Source: Candidatus Omnitrophota bacterium (GTDB taxonomy: Bacteria; Omnitrophota; Gorgyraeia; Velamenicoccales; Velamenicoccaceae). From it: 63,275 nucleotides of DNA. The stretch is from positions 1 through 63,275 of the forward strand of contig JAZDLG010000036.1 in NCBI GenBank assembly GCA_043802125.1, written 5' to 3'. The translations under genes were made by a program, and so were the position numbers. Shown here in pieces: positions 56,313-63,022 of this stretch. The notes under the pieces were generated by a model. It saw only the letters and a program-made list of their open reading frames with translations. It was not told the DNA's origin and did no database searches. The number at the start of each line of letters is the position of its first letter. Position 1 is the first letter of the stretch.

Positions 56313-56790
56313 TGCCGAGCTTCTTCTTAAGCGCCGACTCCACGCAAGACGGCAGAAAATATGAGATATCAGCGCCTAACGCGGCCGCTTCCTTAAGTAA
56401 TTTTGAAGAGACATAGCTGTAAGATTCGGAAGGCATAAGAAAAACAGTCTCTATGGAATCGTCAAATTTTCTATTGGTCAGCGCCATTTGAAACTCATAC
56501 TCAAAATCAGAAAGCATACGAAGGCCGCGGATGACAATATTGACTTTGTTTTTACGCGCAAAATCTACGACCAGGCCTTTGAAACTCGCCACAGTCACGC
56601 CCTCTATATCGCTCAAAGACTCTTTCAGCAAACGAACCCTCTCTTCAACCGTGAACATAGGGGCCTTCTCCGGATTAGGCGCGACAGCAACAATAACCTC
56701 GGAAAAAAGCTTAACAGCGCGCTTGATCACATCAATATGGCCGTTTGTAACGGGGTCAAAGGTTCCCGGATATATGGCTCTCTGGCACAC
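56305..56790 (-). CDS. coaD: phosphopantetheine adenylyltransferase
   Basis: AIYPGTFDPVTNGHIDVI. The start codon is GTG. Confidence 0.95.
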   Translation of the reverse strand: MCQRAIYPGTFDPVTNGHIDVIKRAVKLFSEVIVAVAPNPEKAPMFTVEERVRLLKESLSDIEGVTVASFKGLVVDFARKNKVNIVIRGLRMLSDFEYEFQMALTNRKFDDSIETVFLMPSESYSYVSSKLLKEAAALGADISYFLPSCVESALKKKLGIK

Positions 56791-56876
56791 GATTTACCCC
56801 CTGCTAGATACGTAAATCGCTCCGAAGATTACACTAAAATTATCGAAGAAAATTTTAGGGTGTCTAATCTTTGGAG

Positions 56877-57440
56877 TCATTTCCTTCTAAAAAAAGATAC
56901 CCTTATCTTTCCGTACTCAGCCTGCTTATAAAGCTCAAACGCAGCCACTCCAGACTCAAGATCAATCTCATCTGTGGCTGCGTGCTCAACAACAAGAAAA
57001 CCATGAGTTGTTAATATATCACCCAAGGACGGTGTTTTCAAGAGTTTTTTTGCAAGGCCTTTGTGATACGGGGCATCAGCAAAAATAACATCAAACTTGC
57101 GTTTCTTTTTGGCCGCTATCGCTATAGCGCGAAAAGCATCCTGTCGGTATATCTCGACCTTCGGACAAGACCGCGGCACTAGCCCAAGGCTTTCTAAGTT
57201 ATTTTTTATCAAAAAGTTACACTTCCTCTCAATATCCACAAATACAATGTTCTCAGCCCCCCGTGATAGCGCCTCAAGCCCAAAAGCCCCGCTTCCGGCA
57301 AACAGGTCCAACACAACCCTTCCCTGGAAGTCCTGGCCCAAGGTATCAAATATAGCCTGCCTGACCTTGTCCTGCGTAGGCCGGATGTGGTCAGGGAACG
57401 CAATTTTCCGGCCCTTATATTTGCCTGCGATGATCCTCAT
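56877..57440 (-). CDS. rsmD: 16S rRNA (guanine966-N2)-methyltransferase
   Basis: MRIIAGKYKGRKI, LDLFAGSGAFGLEALSRGA and ADAPY. Confidence 0.9.
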   Translation of the reverse strand: MRIIAGKYKGRKIAFPDHIRPTQDKVRQAIFDTLGQDFQGRVVLDLFAGSGAFGLEALSRGAENIVFVDIERKCNFLIKNNLESLGLVPRSCPKVEIYRQDAFRAIAIAAKKKRKFDVIFADAPYHKGLAKKLLKTPSLGDILTTHGFLVVEHAATDEIDLESGVAAFELYKQAEYGKIRVSFFRRK

Positions 57441-57467
57441 GCCAATCCTGCTTTACCGCACGCTTTT

Positions 57468-57647
57468 CTATTTGCTATTTTCATCAACGAATTTCTTTAT
57501 TTCCGCTATATTATCCACGATCAGCTTTGCCTTGGTCATGCCAAAAGAAAAAGGATATTTATCTTCTCCGTCCCTCTTTAAGATAAGAATTGGCTTGCCC
57601 TTAAACTCCCCTCGCTCAACGATACAACCCTTATTTTCGTTTTCCAC
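57468..57647 (-). CDS. 59-aa protein, tentatively PC4/YdbC-like ssDNA-binding fold
   Basis: This ORF is not in the track because it is under 60 aa. It has a GTG start 4 nt after AAAGGAGAGGAAA. Sequence: MENENKGCIVERGEFKGKPILILKRDGEDKYPFSFGMTKAKLIVDNIAEIKKFVDENSK. It has a paralogue immediately upstream. Confidence 0.45.
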   Translation of the reverse strand: MENENKGCIVERGEFKGKPILILKRDGEDKYPFSFGMTKAKLIVDNIAEIKKFVDENSK

Positions 57648-57676
57648 TTTCCTCTCCTTTTGTTATGCTGCCAGTT

Positions 57677-57875
57677 TTACAAGTCCTTTATAAAACCTTC
57701 AACCGTATCCCTTATGACAGACCATTCTTTACCTGAATGGAATGCTAATTTTTTATCCCTTTTCCACACCACCCAACGCATTGTTCTTCTTGATCGTCTT
57801 ATAGCGCAGGACTTTTAGCGACGCGCTGACCGGCAACGGCTCATTATCCTTTATCTCCGCGTTCTCGTCTAACAT
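57677..57875 (-). pseudogene. frameshifted paralogue of the 59-aa gene
   Basis: Frame a (57753-57875, SD GGAGG) gives MLDENAEIKDNEPLPVSASLKVLRYKTIKKNN... Frame b (57677-57781) gives (M)RWVVWKRDKKLAFHSGKEWSVIRDTVEGFIKDL. Together they align along the downstream paralogue, and the frames switch in an A-rich run. Confidence 0.4.
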
Positions 57876-57893
57876 TTTTTCCTCCAAATGGTC

Positions 57894-58095
57894 GCAAGGC
57901 AACTTCCTGCTCCGCCGACTGAAATTTTTTGCCGTTGACGTCGGTTTACGCCTCGTTCGTCACGCTCACATCTCCCTCACAAAGAAAACAAGCGCCTGGA
58001 TTATTCTCGGTCGGTTCGCAACGAACTCGAGCGTAAATCCTCGTAAACACTTGCCAAAAAATTTCTAATGTCAGCTCCGCAGAAACTTACCTTGC
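57894..58095. repeat. ~200-bp imperfect fold-back (MITE-like element or long-hairpin RNA)
   Basis: The termini GCAAGGCAACTTCCTGC and GCAGAAACTTACCTTGC are 14/17 complementary. Inner pairings are AAATTTTTTG/CAAAAAATTT, TTTACGC/GCGTAAA and TCGTTCG/CGAACTCGA. The apical hairpin is CTCGG..GTTCG-caa-CGAAC-TCGAG. Confidence 0.6.
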
Positions 58096-58171
58096 TCCTA
58101 CTTCAACAAACTCTCGCCGCCGCCCATACAACACTTCTTGGTTTTCAAATACCCAATCTCAATTGTATACC

Positions 58172-58750
58172 TCAAATATCTCTTCCTAATTCTGTCTTTA
58201 TTAATATTCGCAAACATCCAATAAAATCCATAATTCCATCTAAATCAAAAGATGCAACAAAACCCAAAGAATACTCCAAGCCATCAGAGAGTTTTTCTTT
58301 TCCTATGGAATCAGCGACAGTAGGAGTAGGATACCGCGCATGCCAGGTTGCATAACGGGAAAGTTTTTTAAGAAGAATTTGCTCTGCAACATCAACTCTT
58401 AATCCAATTTCATTCTTTACTAAATCAAACAAATCATGATTCTTAAGAACTTTGGGGATTTTGCTTAAAGTCATCGCCTCCCATTCTTTCATCTTTCGAC
58501 CAACAATAATAGCTTTGCAGAAATTCTCAATTGCAAAAGCCATTAACATATAGTAAACACCTTGCATGGTTGCCATGTTATTATCAAAGATTATCTTGCC
58601 TTTCTCATCTGAAACTTTTTTCCAGTGAAAATCAAGCTTATTTTTTAAAATATCAGCCACAGAAATAAGTTCAACAGCTTTTGATAACCACTGGACAGGA
58701 TCCTTTAAACGTTTTGAAAATATTTCCAGATTATTTAATTCATTCTTCAT
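58172..58750 (-). CDS. hypothetical protein with a HEPN-like Rx4H motif
   Basis: 192 aa, predicted all-alpha, and AT-rich relative to its neighbours by eye. The motif LSRYATWHARYP gives R-x4-H. It sits next to vapBC in an accessory islet. Confidence 0.4.
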   Translation of the reverse strand: MKNELNNLEIFSKRLKDPVQWLSKAVELISVADILKNKLDFHWKKVSDEKGKIIFDNNMATMQGVYYMLMAFAIENFCKAIIVGRKMKEWEAMTLSKIPKVLKNHDLFDLVKNEIGLRVDVAEQILLKKLSRYATWHARYPTPTVADSIGKEKLSDGLEYSLGFVASFDLDGIMDFIGCLRILIKTELGRDI

Positions 58751-58876
58751 TTTTAATTCTCAATTGTTATCAACTCAATAACCCGTTCGCTCCTACACCA
58801 ATGCCATCCAGGTTTGTGGCGATGTAGCCTTCTGTCCAAGCAGACAATAAGAAATTTTCTACCAAATGTTGGCAAG

Positions 58877-58896
58877 CCTGCCTGCCGGCAGGCAGG
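58877..58896. repeat. 20-bp perfect palindrome CCTGCCTGCCGGCAGGCAGG (intergenic copy)
   Basis: Read directly from the sequence. It is extended by the outer pairing CCAAATGT/ACATTTTGG, with one unpaired T in the longer arm. Confidence 0.95.
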
Positions 58897-59026
58897 GAAT
58901 TACATTTTGGCTGTAGCGACACGGTTCTATGGAGCGTAACAGCGAAAATGCAAACCGAAGCAGACGGCAAAAAACTTCGTTTGCTGAACAGAGCCTTGCC
59001 TTGCCGCTTACCTTCTGTGAAGCCTG

Positions 59027-59425
59027 TCATCTTATCCACGCGATCTTCACTTCGTGCTCTACCGCCTTAAACTCCTTATCGCCTGTTAAAACCTCGGCTT
59101 TACGGAGTTTCGCCAGCGCTGCGGCAAAACAATCAGCATAAGACATTTTATAGCCGGCTTTCAGGCGGCCCGCTTCCCGGGCCAATAATATATCCACATC
59201 TACAATTTCGATAGGCAGGGTTTTTATGAGATTTTCGATCTCGCTGACCTTCTTTGCGCCACACTCGCGCAGCACAATATAATAAACCTCACCATAATTG
59301 ACAGATGCCATCAAGAGAGGACTATCCTTTTCCGCAGCCTCAACAAGGGCCGCCTCAATCTTCTCAAACCCAGCCTCTTTTTCCAAAAAAACTAATAGGC
59401 CGTGAGCATCAAGTATTCTTATCAT
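59027..59425 (-). CDS. vapC: PIN-domain toxin
   Basis: ILDAHGLL (Asp6), DCFAAALA and LTGDKEF acidic residues. 132 aa. It starts 3 nt after the antitoxin stop. Confidence 0.85.
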   Translation of the reverse strand: MIRILDAHGLLVFLEKEAGFEKIEAALVEAAEKDSPLLMASVNYGEVYYIVLRECGAKKVSEIENLIKTLPIEIVDVDILLAREAGRLKAGYKMSYADCFAAALAKLRKAEVLTGDKEFKAVEHEVKIAWIR

Positions 59426-59427
59426 TA

Positions 59428-59673
59428 TCAGGCCTCTCTTTCCCTATCTCTGCGGCGTTCCTCAATTAGCGCTTTTGACAGCTTCCCCTTTGTGCCTAAA
59501 ATACCGGCCATCTTTTCAAAATATCCCGGAGTTACGGCCCTTAAAACAAGCGTATCATCTTTTTCTTCAATAAAAAGCCTGGTTCCTTTTTTAATGTGCA
59601 GCCTTTTGCGGATTTTGGAAGGAATAACTATTTGGCCTTTTGTCGTAACAGTAGTCGTTGTCATTTTATTCAT
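59428..59673 (-). CDS. vapB: AbrB/SpoVT-type antitoxin
   Basis: TKGQIVIPSKIRKRLHIKKGTRLFIEE is a swapped-hairpin motif. There is a GGAGG SD. Confidence 0.85.
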   Translation of the reverse strand: MNKMTTTTVTTKGQIVIPSKIRKRLHIKKGTRLFIEEKDDTLVLRAVTPGYFEKMAGILGTKGKLSKALIEERRRDREREA

Positions 59674-59688
59674 CCTCCTTTCAAAAAA

Positions 59689-59717
59689 AGTATAACATTA
59701 TACTAATAGTAAGTCAA
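59689..59717 (-). promoter_or_regulatory. vapBC promoter with overlapping palindromic operator
   Basis: Minus strand: TTGACT, 17 nt, TATACT. The palindrome AGTATAA-tg-TTATACT (59689-59704) covers the -10. Confidence 0.55.
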
Positions 59718-59756
59718 ATAATAAATATCTTACTTAAATCAAACCGACGCCACCCA

Positions 59757-61838
59757 TTACCCTACCATAATAAACTGCTCAAACCCAGGAAATCTCCTAT
59801 ACAACTGTTTCTTGATCTGGGCATTCTGCCGTTTTTCTAATTTTGGGTCATCGTTTAAAAGCTTCATTGCCTCCTCGCGGCTGGACTTCAAAAGATGAAA
59901 CTGTTTTAATGGGTCAGCAATTTTTAATTCAGTCAAACCGTGCTGGCGCTCACCGAAAAATTCACCCGGTCCGCGGAGCCTTAGATCTTCCTCTGCTATC
60001 TGAAAACCGTCCGAGCAAGACTGCAAAACACCGACCCTTGATTGGGCCTGCTCGGTCTTAGGCTCAGCAACAAGAAGGCAATAAGATTCAAATGTACCGC
60101 GGCCGATACGGCCCCTCATCTGATGCAGTTGGGACAAGCCGAATCTCTCGGCATGCTCAATCAACATCACGGTTGCATTGGGCACATCAATACCTACTTC
60201 CAGGATGGTCGTAGCCACAAGTATATCAAGCGCGCCATCCCTGAATTTTGCCATCACCCTATCCTGCTCTTCTTTCTTAAGTTTGCCATGGACCAATCCG
60301 ACTTTCAATTCCTTAAAAATATCCTGGCTGAACTCCTTGTACATCCTTTTAGCGGAAGCCAGCATAAGCGTAGGGCTCTCTTCTATCAAAGGATAAATAA
60401 TATAAGCCTGCCGCCCGGCTTTCACATGAGACCTCAAAAATTCATAAGCATCATGCCTGCGCTCCAGCTCATAAAGGAGTGTCTGGATCTTTTTTCTTCC
60501 TTGCGGCAACTCGCGTATGGTAGAAATATCCAGATCCCCGAAAAGAGTCATAGACAGAGTCCTGGGTATGGGTGTCGCAGTCATTATGAGTACATCGGGA
60601 TTAACGCCTTTCTGCGGCAAGAGCGCTCTTTGGGAAACCCCGAATTTATGCTGTTCATCCATAATGATCAGCCCGAGTTTTTTAAACACTACGCCCTCCT
60701 GGATCAACGCATGCGTGCCGACAACAATATCTATCCGCCCATCCTTAACGTCTTTTAATATCTTCTGTCTTTCTTTATCTTTCAGGCTGCCTGTTAGAAG
60801 CCCGATCTTTAAATCTTTATTAAAATTTGAGATCTGCGATCTAAGATTTACATAATGCTGGTTAGCGAGTATTTCCGTAGGAGCCATAAAAGCAGCCTGT
60901 GAGGCGTTACTAACAGCCACAAGAGCCGCTATCGTGGCAACGATCGTCTTTCCTGAGCCTACGTCGCCCTGCAACAGCCTTTGCATCGGGCGAGGCGCCT
61001 GCATATCAGCCTTTATCTGAGATAAGACCTCCACCTGAGACCGGGTCAAGACAAAGGGCAGGCTTTGGATAAAACGGCCAAGAAGTTCTTCGTTAATTTT
61101 AAAAGCAATACCCTTCTTCTCCTTGCGTTTAAGCTTGCGCAAGATAAGCGGTATCTGATAAATAAAAAACTCTTCAAATGAAAGCCTCTGGTAGGCTGCT
61201 AGCCTGGCATCTTCGCTTTCAGGAAAATGTATATTGCGCAGGCTTTTCGCGATATTACCAAGGTTGTGACGGCAACGTATATCAAAAGGAAGTATCTCGG
61301 CAACAGAAGTCAGATGCTTATCCAGGATTGACGCGATCATTTTTCTTATGCCTCGTTGCGAAAAACCTTTAGGCAAAGGATATACTGGTATTATCTTGCC
61401 GGATTCGGCACCTTCATCGCCTTCCTCAATAAATTCAAATTCAGGATTGGACAACTGTACCCTGTCTTTATATAATTCCACCTTGCCGTATAGAATGACT
61501 TTTTTACCAAGCTTAAAATAATTCCTTAAGTAAGGTTGATTAAACCAAACCGCGAAAATACAACTTGTCTCATCACCCGCAGAGACCTCAAAAATGTTAA
61601 AACCGCCTTTCCTAAAACTGCGCCTGGCGTTAACCGACAAAACTTCAGCTTTTACGGTCGCCATAGCTCCTATCTCAAGCTGCGCTATAGAAGTAAAGTG
61701 AGTCCGGTCCTGATAACGGCGCGGGAAGTAATAAAAAGCGTCTTCAACGCTGCGGATACCGGCATCTGCAAGCAATTTCGCTCTTTTGGGGCCTATGCCT
61801 TTAAGATATTGTATTGAGGCTGCAAGGGGTGAGTTCAT
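59757..61838 (-). CDS. recG: ATP-dependent DNA helicase RecG
   Basis: Wedge domain and SF2 helicase motifs: GDVGSGKT, DEQHKFG, MTATPIPRT and QLHQMRGRIGRG. Confidence 0.97.
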   Translation of the reverse strand: MNSPLAASIQYLKGIGPKRAKLLADAGIRSVEDAFYYFPRRYQDRTHFTSIAQLEIGAMATVKAEVLSVNARRSFRKGGFNIFEVSAGDETSCIFAVWFNQPYLRNYFKLGKKVILYGKVELYKDRVQLSNPEFEFIEEGDEGAESGKIIPVYPLPKGFSQRGIRKMIASILDKHLTSVAEILPFDIRCRHNLGNIAKSLRNIHFPESEDARLAAYQRLSFEEFFIYQIPLILRKLKRKEKKGIAFKINEELLGRFIQSLPFVLTRSQVEVLSQIKADMQAPRPMQRLLQGDVGSGKTIVATIAALVAVSNASQAAFMAPTEILANQHYVNLRSQISNFNKDLKIGLLTGSLKDKERQKILKDVKDGRIDIVVGTHALIQEGVVFKKLGLIIMDEQHKFGVSQRALLPQKGVNPDVLIMTATPIPRTLSMTLFGDLDISTIRELPQGRKKIQTLLYELERRHDAYEFLRSHVKAGRQAYIIYPLIEESPTLMLASAKRMYKEFSQDIFKELKVGLVHGKLKKEEQDRVMAKFRDGALDILVATTILEVGIDVPNATVMLIEHAERFGLSQLHQMRGRIGRGTFESYCLLVAEPKTEQAQSRVGVLQSCSDGFQIAEEDLRLRGPGEFFGERQHGLTELKIADPLKQFHLLKSSREEAMKLLNDDPKLEKRQNAQIKKQLYRRFPGFEQFIMVG

Positions 61839-61847
61839 CTCAGATCA

Positions 61848-62264
61848 TCACGGCAGGCAATCAGAGCCTGAGCAGGCAATGCGATTGCCGTCAGAATCAA
61901 ATGTATAGGTGGCGTTCTTTGAAGCGGTGCCGCTAAAGACGGTAACATTAAATGACGGCGGCATTGCGGTGTTGTTGTTGACACGGTAATTGCGAAAATA
62001 GCCGTCAGAAACTTTTATAGCCAATTTGTTGTTTGTGTCAACCGTACTACCCGTAGAGACGTAAAAAGTTTGAGTTAGGGAATATGCCTTCTCAGCAGCG
62101 GCAATAGTCCTTGCTTGGGCTAACGCAGAGGTATACTCGTTCCTTTTTTTTCTTTCTGAATAATTCACTGTAGCCATAGATGCAAGGACAGCCAGGATAA
62201 TTACAGTTACAAGGAGCTCTATTAAAGTAAACCCTGTTTGGATGAAAGCTCTCTTTATGGTCAT
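61848..62264 (-). CDS. type IV pilin-like protein
   Basis: ...IQTG|FTLIELLVTVIILAVLASMA, with a C-terminal Cys pair (ACSGSDC). Confidence 0.65.
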   Translation of the reverse strand: MTIKRAFIQTGFTLIELLVTVIILAVLASMATVNYSERKKRNEYTSALAQARTIAAAEKAYSLTQTFYVSTGSTVDTNNKLAIKVSDGYFRNYRVNNNTAMPPSFNVTVFSGTASKNATYTFDSDGNRIACSGSDCLP

Positions 62265-62275
62265 TGAATTAATTT

Positions 62276-62653
62276 TTAATATGGCGGCGTGACAACTAAA
62301 GTGCCGTTAGCTAAATAAACGGTGATATTTTTTGCCGAATCTCCTACGCGCAAAGCAATGATCCTTGGGTTACCACCCGTATTGCTCCAGCCATAAGTAA
62401 AACGGGCAGCGGATGGTGTACTCATCCCGAGCCTGTCCCATCTTCCGTTAACCTGTCCCCAGGCAACAGACTCTTCATTAGCTACCCTTCTCTGATATCC
62501 CGCATAAGCAGTTAAAAGAACCTGCTTTGCCTCTGCTCCTCTGCTTTTCTCAATGATCTTTGAATACTGAACACCTGCAATAGAGACAAGTATGCCCAAA
62601 ACTATGACAACAACGATCATTTCAATTAAAGTGAACCCTTTACGGATCTTCAT
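62276..62653 (-). CDS. type IV pilin/GspG-like protein
   Basis: MKIRKG|FTLIEMIVVVIVLGILVSIA followed by IEKSRGAEAKQVL. Confidence 0.7.
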   Translation of the reverse strand: MKIRKGFTLIEMIVVVIVLGILVSIAGVQYSKIIEKSRGAEAKQVLLTAYAGYQRRVANEESVAWGQVNGRWDRLGMSTPSAARFTYGWSNTGGNPRIIALRVGDSAKNITVYLANGTLVVTPPY

Positions 62654-62741
62654 GTTTTTATTCTATTATAAAAAACCCAATAATTCAATAACTAAATACC
62701 ACCCAGCCCAATCGGATGGGCTGGTGTGCCGCTTTCTGCGG

Positions 62742-62780
62742 CAAAAAATAAAGCCCCTATGGATTTTACCATAGGGGCTT
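62742..62780 (-). terminator. rho-independent terminator after 5S rRNA
   Basis: Minus strand: AAGCCCCTATGG-taaaat-CCATAGGGGCTT followed by TATTTTTTG. Two more hairpins follow at 62699-62744. Confidence 0.8.
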
Positions 62781-62788
62781 AAATTAAA

Positions 62789-62903
62789 GAGGCGCCGTTC
62801 TACTCTCCCAGGCCCTTGCGAGCCAAGTACCATTGACCTCGAGGAGCTTAACTACCGTATTCGGAATGGGAACGGGTGTTTCCTCCCCAGTATAGGCACC
62901 TCA
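62789..62903 (-). rRNA. rrf: 5S ribosomal RNA
   Basis: The reverse complement reads GGTGCCTATACTGGGGAGGAAACACCCGTTCCCATTCCGAATACGGTAGTTAAGC...GGGAGAGTAGAACGGCGCC. It has the conserved CCGAA(C/T)ACGG loop and helix I pairing GGTGCC/GGCGCC. Confidence 0.9.
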
Positions 62904-63022
62904 ATATTTGCGCAGCAAATATTGAAATTTAATTGACAATTTCTGTAAAGTTTTTTTGGATAAGTAAGCCGATGAATCTCTCTTTAAGCCAATCTGTCAC
63001 AATAAATTTTAATGACAAATTA

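Noticed and set aside
58770-59039. 89-aa minus-strand ORF in the islet spacer.
   Set aside because: It reads through the 20-bp palindrome (SLPAGRQAC) and through hairpins. It overlaps the vapC stop, has no SD and has an implausible sequence.
62904-63022. The 23S-5S spacer hairpin CAATATTTGC-gca-GCAAATATTG and the 10-bp repeat ATTGACAATT (62932 and 63035), considered as novel elements.
   Set aside because: They are most simply rRNA processing stems and helix fragments typical of rRNA spacers. Nothing distinguishes them without comparative data.
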